64,000 nucleotides of DNA from the human T2T-CHM13v2.0 reference genome, Homo sapiens. Shown here in pieces: positions 1-15,357 of this stretch. A program made the translations under genes and the position numbers. The notes below the pieces were generated by a model that was not told where the DNA came from, ran no database searches, and worked only from the letters and a program-made list of their open reading frames with translations. The stretch lies in the NCBI RefSeq assembly GCF_009914755.1, contig NC_060935.1, one strand, 5' to 3'. Numbering within the stretch: position 1 is the first letter of the stretch; each line of letters begins with the position of its first letter.

Positions 1-1479
1 TAAGCTTAAGGTGAAGATAATCTGCCTCAGCATTCAATATAAGAGTATCATTAACACTCTGAGTGCTGCTGTGGGCTCTTCCTAGATGCATGTGCCTTTC
101 AGAACAGACTGGGATTTCAGAACTGCTGAGAGAACCTCAGGCTGCTGGAGAAATTCTGTAATGTCTCATGAGAAACAGAGTGCACAAGCTCCTTTCCCCT
201 TTCTCTTCCTCTCCGTTCCCTGCAGTGGTTTCCCTAGGTTCAGCAAATGCACATCTCTCTGGGAGTTTTGTTTCCATGGGAGTTGAAAATAAGCACTCCA
301 AAGGTGAATGCTCGCCCAGTTTACAGTCAGTATGACCATTGCTTCTATTCAAATATCCCTAGATAATAATAATTCAGCACAGGGCTCCTCCAGGGGAATG
401 CTGTGCTTCCAGCAAATCTGTAATTTACAAAACAGTCACCTGAGTTTTAAAAAGATAATTTGAAAATATTCAGAAAAACGATGCCTGTCTCCCACAAATG
501 TTAGATTTGGAGCATTACAACTCATCTGTGCTTGGTGCCTTTATTTAGTTTACTTGGTTTAGTTTACTTATTAGTTCATTTGTTTTAGTTTAATAACTAA
601 TAATAACTACTTATTCACTTGGTTTTCGTTTTTGCTGTGCATATCACTTGCTTAACAAGGAAAAAGATTATGTGTCTCCTTCCTGGAAGTGGACTTCTCT
701 GCCAGGCAAAGATGAGATGACATTTTGGGTGATTTTTAGACAGCAGAAATCAACATGACTAAAAATTTGGTCATTTTAGTTGCTCTTATTTAATAAATCC
801 CCAAAGAGAAAACATTAGTTCCTGCATGTCCCTCTTCCCTCTGTTGACACCATTTATAGGTAGTCATTTAGGGAACATCTCTTCTGGATACTAGTTTTGA
901 TAATTTCTTCCATCCAAAAAGAGTAGTCCTTAAGCAATTCTTGGTATATGGTATATCCTGTAGCTCTGTCTGACTTAGGAACAGCATGAAAAAAATTGTA
1001 TATACTTGGTATATTTATTCTAGGAGCTTTTAATTCAAGATGTACAGTAATGTAAGAAACTCAGTCAACATGATATCTATGGCTAAATGAAGGCTTCTCT
1101 GCCAAAACACAATGGTAATGTGAGATTAATGTGGAGCCGGTGCAAGTTGGGAGAGTAGCTATGCATAATAAGTGACTATTTGGGATAGTGCATTTATTAG
1201 GGCAGACTAAGTGCTTTGACAAAGATAACCCACACTGCTCATTGTGTTTCCAGCATCCACGGGCCAGGAAACTCAACAGAAGTTCTTTCCTGGAACAACT
1301 GTGGGGCCTGCTTTATTTCTCTGCATATATCTCTGGCCCCTGTGTCTCTCTCTGTCAAGGTGATGCTGAGAACCTTGAGGCTATCTGGAATAATAATCCT
1401 GTGTGGAAGCTCCACTCTTAATTAGGTTCAAACTACAAAGCTCTGCCACTTTGCTTAACTGAGAAATTTTAGTAGACAT

Positions 1480-1903
1480 TTGTGGCTCAAAGGCTTTTAA
1501 AGTCTTATTTCACATTGTCCTCCAGAATCTGTTTCCAACCTGTGCGACTCCAAATTTCTGATACTTTAATTCTGTTTCTTTTTGTGTGCAAACCAGCTAA
1601 TTTTATCTTGAACTCATCTTTCTTGCAATACCTTGCCAAACACAGTGAGGGAAGAGCAACATATGCTAGCATTCTGGCTCTTTCCTGCTACTTCCCTGAG
1701 AAGCACGGGCTCAGTAGGCACTTGGTCTGCCTTCCACGTTAACAAGGGTGACAGTTTTACCAAATGTTTCACTACAGCAGAGCAGCAATTTCCAGCTTGC
1801 TAGGCCTGTTTCCTCAGTGTCTACCACAAAACTGCTAAGCTGGTGTCAGATATTTTAGACATTTTTTTTTTTTTGTCAGCATCTACTTCAAGGCTTTGAC
1901 TTC
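1480..1903 (-). mobile_element. MaLR (MLT1-type) internal-region fragment adjoining the LTR
   Basis: 'ttggtctgccttccacgttaacaagggtgacagttttaccaaatgtttcac...gatattttagacatttt...cagcatctacttc...ttctgtatt' resembles the MLT-int/LTR junction and runs directly into the LTR below. Confidence 0.55.
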
Positions 1904-2347
1904 TGTATTGGTTAGGGTAACGTTAGCTGCTGCAACAAACAAATTCCAACATTGAATGGCACAACAAAACAAATGTTTATTTTTCCCTATACATAAATTC
2001 CAGTGCAAGAGTTCCTGGAGCAAGAAAAGATAGATTTCCGCCACATGGTGTCACAGGGATCCAGGTTCCTTCTGTCCTGTGACTCCACTATGCACTAGAG
2101 CCTTTGAATCCTCAGCATCCAGCCAGCCAAAGAAGGAAGAGTAGGAGGCTTTTGTGTACCAGCCTTGAAGGTGGTACATATTACTTCTGCTCGATCCCAT
2201 TTTGCTAGAACTTAGTAAAGGCTATACCAATGTATAAGAGACAGGTGAAGTTGTCTCTGGGCAGCTGCTTCTCATCAACAACAGTGCATATACTACAAAA
2301 GGTTGAATCATGAATTTTGGGTGGCAGAAAGTTGCTTCTGCCATACA
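1904..2347 (-). mobile_element. ERVL-MaLR LTR, MLT1K-like
   Basis: Starts 'tgtattggttagggtaacgttagctgctgcaacaaac', contains 'cagggatccaggttccttctgtcctgtgactccac' and 'attacttctgctc..cccattttgctagaacttagt', ends 'gccataca' (TG...CA termini). Confidence 0.75.
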
Positions 2348-4047
2348 TAGAAAAGGTGTTGGAAGAAATTATTGATTTCTATTATTGAAGGAAGTACTCA
2401 GTGTATTTATATATATTGCATATAACATCTCCACCAATGCCCACTACTGCCTTGGTAGAGTGCCCTCTCTTTGCAAGCCTGAGCTAGACACCTTGGTTTG
2501 GGAAGGGTTAATGTTAAGGAGAAATACTAGGCTCAATAAAGAAAGCACATACATTCACACGCATGCAGATACCCATACACATACATCTTAAATGAAGATC
2601 TTTATTGTGGACAATATGATTCCAATTATATTCATTTTTATTATATAAGGGATATTTTTAAAGTTGTGAGATACATAAACCACGTGTTTCTCTCCCAATT
2701 TTTATGAGTACATCCCCCCCACCCCCCACCCCATGCAATCCTAGTGTGAGTCTACCTGGAAGCATGCAGTGCCAGGCTCTTCTCTAATGCTACCATTCTT
2801 AGCATGAGTTTGATAACTGCTCTCCATGGCATGCTTTCTAATTCTGCGTTCTTGTTTCAGAAAAATGGCATAACAAAGCCCCAAACCCCAAAATTTTACC
2901 CTCATTTTTTCAAAAATGACTTCCAAAAGTATTGTTAGTAATACAGCAAGTTCCCTCTAGTTTCCTTGCAAATTGACATACTGAGATATTACAGTTGCTA
3001 TGAAGTTTCTGGTGACTTTAAAAACTTTTACATTACATTAGTGTAATGACAGGGTTTATCTACAGCTTATGACTGTGAATGCTTCAGCATACATTTCCAT
3101 AAATAGAAACACTGTAGATTTTACATTAATCATAAAGGGAATTGATAATTGCCTATGGGAGTTTTTAGCTATGAGCAAAAATGTTTGACCCAATTATGCT
3201 TGCATGGTGAGGGACAAATATATTGAATTATGATGCATAGATCATTGGTGGATTTCAGGGAAGGAAAGTAACTATCCCAAGGGAATAATCCAGAAGTGAG
3301 CAAGTGTTTACAACTCAAAAACTGATAAGACTGTCATTACATCAACTGTCACAGCTCAGAAGTTTAACCCCACTCAATACATAGGATGAAAAGGTAAACC
3401 TGGGCTGTTCAATAATGTTAAGCACCTGTCATTCAAATCCCAATATCCAGATGGGTGTGTTGAGAAGAAACATGCAACCTCTACATGTAGCTGAAACCCG
3501 TGGTGATAGTTGGTGACTGGTTTTCCAAAAGGTTAAACTGAAGCTAGTGCCACAGGCTTCCACATTTGAATGATTTGCCAAAAGATAAGCTTCCAGTCTT
3601 AATTCAAAAGCCATCAACTACATTCTTTGAATGTTGCTTAAGATTCTATTTGGTGTTGATAAAGTTGAATGAGAAACTTAAAAGTGATTTATCAGATTTA
3701 ATTTCAAAGTAAAGTCCCTTTTCACATACTTAACCATTCAAAGCCTGAGGATTTTTTGCTTGCTATTATGAATTGAATGGAAGTCAACTACAAGAGAGAA
3801 GAAAGATCAATCACTTTAGTTGTCATCAGGAATTCTGCTTCTACCACAAATTACAAGTTCCTCAGATTCTATTTTCATTTATAAAATGAAGAATTTAAAC
3901 ATAAAAACTAGCTCTAGCATATAGTGATGGTAAAAGTCATATGCAGTACAGGAACTTTAGTCTCATTCTATCTTCCTCTTCAATATTGACTCTCTTTCCC
4001 ATTTTCTCAAAACTTCTGATGACTAGCTCAATTTTCCGGTTAACTAT

Positions 4048-4664
4048 TGTAGTAGGGAGAACTCTAAGATGGCATCCAAGATCTTCACCCTCAAATGTAC
4101 ACACCAGTGTACTACTTGATCTTTGAGTGAAGGCCGAAACTGTGAATAGGATGGGATAGTCTATCATAGCTCCCTGGGCTAGGTTATGCCACATGGCAAA
4201 TGCCGGTGGGATAGTCACCCCTGTGATTACATCACATTATATAAGTTTTCATCATAGTAAACTGGGGAGCAATAGGAAGTCAGTGAGGCAAAATCCTTCT
4301 GTCCTGGAAGGAAGCAAACGGCACCATTGTGGACTGCCGATGGGGGCTACGTGGCCAACAACCACATCACAGTAAGCATCTAGGAACTGGGAGTGGCCCC
4401 AGCTGACAGCTCATAAGATCACAAGGACCTCAGTTCCAACGCCACAGAAAATGAATTCTGCCCACACAAATGAGCCTGGAAGAGGATTCGAAACCTCAGG
4501 TGAGAATCTCAGCCCTGGCTGACACCTTGATTTCAGCTTGGGCAGATTTAGAGCAGAGAACTCAGGAAATTATGACCCATAACAACTATGAGATAATAAA
4601 TGTGTGCTGTTTTAAACTGCCTAGTCGGTGATAATTCATTATGCAGCTGTAGAAAACTAATATA
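4048..4664 (+). mobile_element. ERVL-MaLR solo LTR, MLT1E/F-like
   Basis: 'tgtagtagggagaactctaagatggc...cagccctggctgacaccttgatttcagc...gagataataaatgtgtgctgttttaa...gaaaactaatata'; 5-bp target-site duplication ACTAT at 4043-4047 and 4665-4669. Confidence 0.85.
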
Positions 4665-4719
4665 ACTATATACAACATTTCCAATCAATATTCAACTCAT
4701 TCTTGTATTTCATTGTATC

Positions 4720-5850
4720 TTTATTCCTTCTTGCAAAAAATATTTTTTAAGCACCAGCAATATGATAGATGGTGTCCTTGCCACCAATGATATAACATAG
4801 TCTGTGCCGTTTATTTTTCGTAGACTAGTAAGGAAAATAATTATATAAACAAAATAGATTAAGAAAGTATCACATGTGCTCTAAGAGTAGCTTCTACCTG
4901 AGATAGCCAGGGCACAAGGAGGAAGTCAGTCAGTCTACCAGTGGAGCAGGGGAGACACAAGAAAAGATTCTACTATAAGCTGCAACTCAGGGCAAGTGTT
5001 GAAAGACAAGCAGATGTTCTTTAGGTGGAGAGGGAATAGAAGAGCAATCTGAAAAGAAAAGCTATAGGAGTAATCACACAGAGATGTTTTTCTAGGAACT
5101 GTAAGTGGGTAAGAATGGTGAAAAGGATGGGAGTGCAGGCTAGAGGTGATTGGGATTAGGAAGACATACCTTAGAGAAGCACTACTCCAAGTGTCATCCA
5201 AGGGGGAACAGCACGGGTGTCACCAGGGAAAGTGTTGGATGTACAGAATCTCAGTCCCACCCACTCCCCTATATCAGAATCTCTGCCTTCACCACATCCC
5301 TGGGGCGTTCACAGGAACTTTCATAGGTTTCAGTGTCTTGAGGCTAGTGAATCTGGATGCTGTCTTTCAGAGAAAGGGAAGATAATGAAATGGTTTAAGT
5401 TGGATAACAACATAGCCAAATCCATCTTTTAGAAATAGCAGGAATAAGGAGGGGAGGTGAATTTGTGAGGCACGAAATAGGAAGCAGAGAAACCAGTTAG
5501 ATCCTGATTCTAATGTCCAGACAAGAGAGCCACGCAGGGACAGCAGGTGCAGAGAGGAGTGCATAAGGAAGTCAGATCTTCATGAGGCAGATCATCCAGG
5601 GTGTGAACGATAGACGAGACGACCTCACTGAGGGACAATGGCTTATTTAAGAAGCATCTTAGCTGTCTGCTTGAGACTATGGGTCATTCTCAAATGTAGG
5701 AGTTTTATTTTGGACATGTGGAGTTTGAGATGCCTGTAGGACTGAGGTAAGATATTTAGGAAGAAGTGGGTGTATGGGTCTGAGATCACTAGGAGAATCT
5801 GGTTCATTAATTCAAATACCAAGGACTTGCAGGGTTTATCAGAAGACATG
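4720..5850 (-). mobile_element. L2 LINE fragments, interrupted by a MER5 element
   Basis: L2-type 'ttttggacatgtggagtttgagatgcctgtagg...gggtctgag' near 5710-5790 and degenerate L2 3' end near 4720-4900. Confidence 0.65.
5172..5347. mobile_element. MER5A-like hAT-Charlie DNA transposon relic
   Basis: 'cagaatctcagtcccacccactcccctatatcagaatctctgc...catccctgggg' follows the MER5A core pattern. Confidence 0.6.
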
Positions 5851-6239
5851 AGAGCGAATGAGTGCTTCCAAGCTATTAATTTCTATTCAATGTTGTTTTC
5901 TAATATGCTTGACACTTCTATACTCAAGATTTCCATGGCACTTGATTTTCCCTCTTCCACCTTATTAAAAGAATATTTATGAAAACACAAAAATATGTCC
6001 AATGTTAAAAAGTTTGAAGTGGACTAAGTACACGAAGCAGCCTTTAGAATCTAATGTGAGAGGGTCCTTATGGTTCCCAGGTGGAAGGTGAGGCTGTGAT
6101 GGAGGAAAATCCACCCACCCATTAAATTTCATATACCTTCTCCTTGATGGTTAAATACAAAGAAAGAACTAATAACCATAAGGAACTTGTGAAAAGATTT
6201 GCTGGAATCTGTGTCGTACTTACAAGATGAATACCATTA

Positions 6240-6760
6240 CACCTAAAATGTAACGGAGGAAACACAATTTTTAAAAAATTATACTACAGAAACCAGAAGA
6301 CAACTTTAGAAAGTATCTTGTACATAATTTTCATAAAGGCAAAAAAATCACTAACTATGAAAAAGAGATAAAATAGAAAATGATGTAACTGCAGACTGAT
6401 TTTAAAAGAGAGCTCTATTATATCAAGAAATATTTCAGGAAACCATAAATGCAAGAAAGGAGTATAAGACAGAAATAGCACTCTAAAACTTAATCAGCAA
6501 TGCAGAGAACACATTTGAGAATTTTTTTCAAAATTAAAAGATAAAGAACAAAGAAGTAAAAAAAAATTAATGTAGAAAGCATAAAAGTTTTGAACTCAGG
6601 AGAATTTAAGTTCATAAAAACAAATCATACTGAATAGGAGTAATATTCAAATAATAAATAATTGTTTCCTCAGTTGAATAAACATTTTAATTTACAGATA
6701 GAAAACATTCAGGAAACACCAGGTGAAATAAATGAAAAAAAAAGAACATGATAATATATG
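6240..6760 (+). mobile_element. Ancient L1M/HAL1 ORF1-like fragment
   Basis: A-rich decayed ORF1-type sequence ('tttcctcagttgaataaac...tttacagatagaaaacattcaggaaacaccaggtgaaataaatgaaaaaa'). Confidence 0.5.
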
Positions 6761-6904
6761 AACTCAACTTAAATATGCTATATACTAATTTATTATTGTT
6801 AAATGTGTGCCACCATAGCAAATACTAAGTAATATACTGTTGAATTAATTAATGAAATATAGCATAAAATAAACATCAAAAGGCCAATAGTGAGGTTTCC
6901 AGAA

Positions 6905-7385
6905 TTTTGCTTCTGGCAATGAGAGATTAGTACCAAATTCCCTTCAGCTGTAAGCAACTAGAAACTGGCACAAAATATATGAATCATTGCTTTTCAGATA
7001 TTGGATGACAGTCAATGAAGACAGTGATCCTTGAGGAAATAAAACAGATGAAGTGAAGCCCATGGACCACTCTGCACTCTGCCTAGATGCACTCTCTGGA
7101 AGCTCATTATCTTGCTGAGTTAAATAGAAATCAGCCTTCAGTGAGGCTGAGGAGACTGCAGAAGGAGGTATAAAGGACTACAAAAATTGACACAGAGGTC
7201 TTCTAGACTTTATTGGTGAACACAAAGAGGCATTAGCACAGGGTGAACCTGCACACAGCATGGTGGAGGACTCCTGGAATTCATTAGTGGTTTATTTGAG
7301 TTCTGACCAGCTAGAGTGGAGAGATTTTATTGAGCAAGTGGGACATTCAGTGAAGACAAAAGAAGGGTTATAATACAGGAAAACG
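6905..7385 (+). mobile_element. L1M 5'-end (UTR) fragment, L1MD/L1ME-type
   Basis: 'cttctggcaatg...gcaactagaaactggcacaaaatatatgaatcattgcttttcagatattggatgacag...cagtgatccttgag' matches old L1 5'-end pattern. Confidence 0.6.
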
Positions 7386-7389
7386 TTTA

Positions 7390-10065
7390 TTATTTGAAAA
7401 GATCAGGAAGATTAATAAATCCCAAAAGACTGCTTAATAAAATACAGAAGAGGTGACAATTAGTGAAACAGAGATGAAAGAAAAGCTATCACTATCACTT
7501 CTACAGACATTAAAAGGATAATAAGGTTGTATAATAAAAACTGTAGGTCAACAAATGTCAAATTAGATGTAATGAAAAAATTCCCCACAAACCAAAAATT
7601 ACCAAAATAGTCACAAGAATAAATAGAATACATATATAATGTTTCCACAAAAAAAAACAACTCTAGGTCTGCATGGCTTCACTGGTTAATTATATAAAAT
7701 ATTTAAGGAGGAAATAATAACAAATCTATAGAAATAATTTCAGAAAATAGAGAAAAAAGAAACACTTCTTAGTTTATTTTATGAGGCCATTATTACACTT
7801 ATATCAAAATCAAAGAAATTACAAGGAAAAAAGCTCTATTAATCAAAATTATGCATAAACATGGACACAACAGTCCTTGACAATGTATTACACAATTAAA
7901 TCCAGAAATATATAAATAGGATAGTTTATGACAAGTATATTTTATCCTAGGAATTCAAGGTTGGTTTAACATTTAAAAAGCAATTGATATAACTGTATAT
8001 TAATAAAATGAAGGGGACAAAAATTAATAGAAGTGGTAAAGCATTTGATAAATTCAACATTCCTTTGTGATACAAACTCTCAGCAAACTAAGTAAAGAAA
8101 GTAACTTTCTCAACCTGATAATTGTAATCTACAGAAAACCTATAGCTATTATCATACTTCGTAGAGGACGGAATGAATACTTTCCCTCTAAGAATAAGAA
8201 CGAGAAAAGAATATCTGCTCTCACCACTGCTATCTGTTATTAAGCTGGAGGTCCTAGCTATTGCAATAATGTAAGAAAATGAATAATATGTATACAGATT
8301 GGAAAGAAAAGTGTTAAATTCTCTGAATTTATGAGTGGCATGATTGTGTACATAGAAAATTCAAAGAAATCTACAGAAACACAAATATTAATAGGTGAAT
8401 TTAACAAGGGTTTATGATTACAATACCAATATATAGAAATCAAGTTTATTTCTGTATATTGGCAACCAATTGGAAAATTTAATTAAAAATCCTATTTACA
8501 GGGTCATCCAAAAGCATAAAATATTTAGAAATGAATTTTTAAAGATATGTATAAGACTGTTCACTTGAAACTACAAAACATTGCTGAGGAAATATAAAGG
8601 AAATCTCAATAAAAAAGAAGAGACAGTGCGCCATATCCATGGGTTGGAAGATGATAGTTTTAAGGTGTCAGTGCTTCCCAAACTATACATATGCTCAACA
8701 AAATTCTAATCAAAATCTCAGCATATTTTTGGGGAGGAATTGACAGTCTGACTCAAAATAGCCATACACATATGTTCCACTGATTTTCAGCAAAGAGGCC
8801 ATGATGATTAAGTGGGGAAAAAGATTCTCTTTTCAATGTATGGTGCTCAAAAAACTGAATATTTATATGGAAGAGAATAAACATCCATTCTTACCTCATG
8901 TCATACACAAAAACTCAACTCAAAATGAACCACAGTTCATATAAGAGCAATAATTATACAACTTCTAGAAAAAAAATACGAGAAAATATGTGTTGGCCTT
9001 GAGTAGGTAAATATTTCTTAGACCGAAGGCAAAAAGGACAAACTGAAGAAGAAAACTTAAGCAGTTAAACCTCATCCAAACTGAAATCTTTTACTCTGTG
9101 GATGTGTAAAGAAAATGACAAGATAAGACACAAAATGGAAGACAATATTATCAATGCATTTATTTGGCAAATGACTTGTAACCATAATCTATAAAACAGT
9201 CATAACAACTCAATCCTGAGAAGACAAATTATCCATTTTTTAAAATAAGTAAAATGTTTAAACAAATACTTCACCAAAGGCCAATGAGAAAGATCAATAA
9301 TCACATGAAAAGAGGCTCAACATCAAGCAAGTCATAAAGAAAATGCAAACTGAAACCACAATGAACGCCTCTTCCCACATTCTAGGATAAATAAAAACTT
9401 AAAAGACTGAAAAAGAAAGTGTTAAGGAGGATGTGGGAACAAGTCAAATTCTCATATATTGCTGGTAGGAATGTCAAAATTGTACAACCATTTTGGAAAA
9501 TAATTTGGTGGTTTCTTCTAAAAATTAACCATACAATAACATATGACCTAGTAATCTCTATGTATTTATATAAGAAAACGTTCATAGCAGTTTCATTTAT
9601 GATAGCCAAAACTAATACTAATTCAAATGCTCATCAGAAAGTGAATAGATTAAAATTTATATTAGATTCATATAGTGAAATTCTATTGAGTAATGAGTAA
9701 TGAAAAGAAACTTTGATACACAAAGCAGAAGGAATAAATTCAAAAAACATTATGCTGAGCCAAAAAAACTAGATCTGAAAAAGAACACATATGATTGCAA
9801 TCATGTAAAGCTCTAGAATAGGTGAAACCAAACTGTAGCAAGAGAAAGCAAAGCCACATTTCCTGGGGTCCGGGCTTGGGGGTTAGGGGTTGCTGAAATA
9901 CACTGGAGAGGGACATGTGTTGAGAATGTTCAACAGTGGTGATTACAGTGGTGGTGACACACACAGACACATATACACACATATGTGTAATTGTACACTT
10001 TCAAACTGCACACTTTAAGTGGTCGCATTTTATCACGTGCAAAATACACCTTAATAAAGTTGGTT
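7390..10065 (+). mobile_element. L1ME-type LINE-1: decayed ORF2 (RT and C-terminal part) plus 3' UTR
   Basis: ORF2 hallmarks 'ttttatgaggcca', 'caaggttggtttaacat', 'aaagcatttgataaattcaaca', 'catgattgtgtacatagaaaat'; 3' UTR ending 'aataaagttgg'; many stops and frameshifts. Confidence 0.9.
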
Positions 10066-10301
10066 AGAGAGTTCACAATCGTTCTAAATCTATCTTTTTA
10101 GCTTTTTCCATATTTTATAAATTCTTTCTCCAAATACCTGTATTAATATTTTCATCAGTGATAACCTAATAAAAATATTTTTATATATTTTTATTGCTCA
10201 TGTCAAAGACCCCACGTAAGCACTCTTTGCAAGCAACTTAATCAACTCTACCTGATATAATAGTAATGTATAAAAACTACAGTCTTTAAAATCTTCCTTA
10301 C

Positions 10302-10328
10302 TGTGTGTGTGCGTGTGTGTGTCTGTGT
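10302..10328. repeat. (TG)n microsatellite, imperfect
   Basis: tgtgtgtgtgcgtgtgtgtgtctgtgt. Confidence 0.85.
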
Positions 10329-12633
10329 GGGTACACATATTGGTAGGTTTTCTTTTACTGATGACATACTGGACTCATCATTTTAAAAAGAAAAGAAAAC
10401 CTGCAAGACACAACTAGCCTTTGCATGTATAATTTTCCCCATCAGTCTTGCTGAAGCTGACCCGTACAGCTTCTGGCCTTGTAACATATCTGGGTGTGGG
10501 CAGTGGCAGGTGGGAGCCTGGCAAGCCAACCACAGGCAGAGTGAAAACACCTGAAAGCACCTGAGCCATGGTGAGGCCAGCGTCGGATCAGAAGCAGAAA
10601 TGAAGACGATATGAATTTTAACGAGTTAAACATAGTGCAAAATGAGACAGAGATAAAAATAGATCAGATAGAGTCTCAAAAGTGAGATTCAATTCTTCTA
10701 AATGTCCGAGAAAGCTAATTCTACAATTGGACCCTTGGCAGCTAAGGCTAACAAAGAAATTATGTAGTATTACTTAATTATCCTTTTCCACTGAAAGAAA
10801 GAGCATGCTGGTTTTCTGAAAGAAAATATGTTCCTGGAGAAGAACTCAAGACAGAATTTACTATGAGGATAATGAATCTTTGGTAACGAGGTAAATGGTC
10901 TCTTCAAGAGAATTTTGAACAAGGCAGAAATCTTGCTCAAAGACACTGTTCTTGTACCCAAGACTGCAGAGGTGAGACTAAGATAGAGACCTGATGAAGA
11001 TGGCTAATTTGGGACACAAGGTTACGGTAATTTTTTAATCTGATAACCTAACAATACAATGCAAGTAGGACTAGGAGGGGACAGAATGTGCTTTATAAAG
11101 ACTGATATGCCTATTAAACAGTCTGTCAAATATCAGAAATATTAGGATAGCCTTTGGCGAGTGCCGGGGCTCAGACGGTTTACGATTGAATTTTCTAACA
11201 GGTACCGGTAGTGCAGGCGTTCTATGTTGCTGTGATGGCCATATGCTTTAGATACCAGATGGAAAGGAAGGTGTCATTCTGCTGGAAAGTTGAGGAGACA
11301 GACAGAAGGCTATCTCACTTCAGAGCAGGTGGAGACAGCAGGGTTTCTTTCAGGGAGAGCCAGCATTTTCTTCGGGGAAGAGATTTCTATCTTCTAAAGT
11401 ACTTAAGCATGTGTTTGCTTAAGACCTCAAAGTTCTAAACAACCTCGGAAAAAAATGGCATTAGCTTGAAAATTTTTAAGACAGGTCTTGGAGCTGACCA
11501 CCTTATCCATCAAAGGAACTTCAGCATTCATTCTGTGGAATATCTATCTTTAGACAGACTACACTTTGATGTGTTTTGCCAAGATGACTAAGTTACAAGA
11601 GGAGCTAAAAACATCACCTGTGCATTGGGGTTATATCTGTTTTACCATGTTTACGCTCATGAATGCCTTACAAATTCTGTGTTTGCAGTTTGGGTAAGAG
11701 TAATGCAGAGATGCTCAAGTTCAGATTCTTCTTGAGAACAATTACTAAAGTCAACAGAGTCTGGAGGAAAGCAATTGCTTAATTCAGCTTTATTTAATGA
11801 CCCAGATGATTACTGAGCACCCTCCAAGATAAAGAAAGAGTAAAATACAGAAGCTGTAGGGAATTTTTTTTAAAATAGTAAAACCCAGTGCCAGAGAGCT
11901 TGACATATACAGCCATGATTGTGTGATTGATCTTTTAGATTTATCGTGCTATTTAAATATGAAAATAGAACTAGAAAACATGTTAAAGTCAAGCTCCAAT
12001 TGATAGCATTTAAATTAGAGGTTGTACCTGCAGGAGGCTATTCCCATCATCAACACTGGTTAGCAGAAGGGTTTAGAAGCACGTCTGAAGAGGCATTCTT
12101 AGACTAGGCTCTGTTGGCTACAGGCTATTCCTGTCCATTGAGCTAAACACTAGTTTAATGAGCACTGAAAATAGGCTTAACTTTAATTATCATGTGTTTT
12201 CTTTCATGTGAGGAAATTTTATAAGTGGAATTATATAAACTCTGGCTTCCTATAAACATCCATGCATATGCTATTTTGTGAGCATTAGTATTACTAAATC
12301 TTCACTTGCTATTGTGTTTGATAACTAAGACCAAATGTTTGAAAATTAACTACAAAAACTAAACTCATTAAGGTAAACAGATTACTATTTAAAGTTCCCA
12401 AGTTAAAATAGTTCTCAACCCATTCTAACTTTCAGTAACCTTTTGATTCTGTTACAGTTTTACTTAGAGTCCCTCTACCCTTGGGATAAAACAACAGTTT
12501 ATTATGATATAATATTTTATAGTTAATTGTTCAATTCTATTACTAATATTTAAATGATATATTTGTGCCTATACACAAAAATGAAAATACTTCACAGTAT
12601 TTTTATTAGATTTTAATATTAACATAATACAAG

Positions 12634-14570
<1,937 letters not shown>

Positions 14571-14714
14571 GTTAAGAGTATTTTAAAAAGACACATGCCC
14601 AGTGAAATAGAGATGCTGAAGATGACAAAGTGAATTTAAAAATAATAATAATAATAAAGAAGAAGATTTAAGGGGAGCTCAGAAGTATTGCTGCAGTTAA
14701 AAGAAAAAAAGAAA

Positions 14715-14958
14715 GAAGAAGAAGAAGAAGAAGAAGAAGAAGAAGAAGAAGAAGAAGAAGAAGAAGAAGAAGAAGGAAGAAGGAAGAAGAAGAAGAAGAA
14801 GAAGAAGAAGAAGAAGAAGAAGAAGAAGAAGAAGAAGAAGAAGAGGAAGAGGAAGAGGAAGAGGAAGAAGAAGAAGAAGAAGAAGAAGAAGAAGAAGAAG
14901 AAGAAGAAGAAGAAGAAGAAGAAGAAGAAGAAAAGAAGAAGAAGAAGAAGAAGAAGAA
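14715..14958 (+). repeat. Interrupted (GAA)n trinucleotide tract, about 245 bp
   Basis: Read directly: (GAA)20 G (GAA)2 G (GAA)20 (GAGGAA)4 (GAA)22 AA (GAA)8. Confidence 0.98.
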
Positions 14959-14963
14959 GCATG

Positions 14964-15357
<394 letters not shown>

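Noticed and set aside
520-630. Repetitive TTTAGTTTAC-like stretch considered as a spaced repeat array
   Set aside because: Degenerate low-complexity AT-rich sequence with no constant repeat or unique spacers; CRISPR is not plausible in this genome
11185-11290. Possible acceptor ttttctaacAG with a few nearby CpGs
   Set aside because: No convincing matching donor or coding signal; too weak to call an exon
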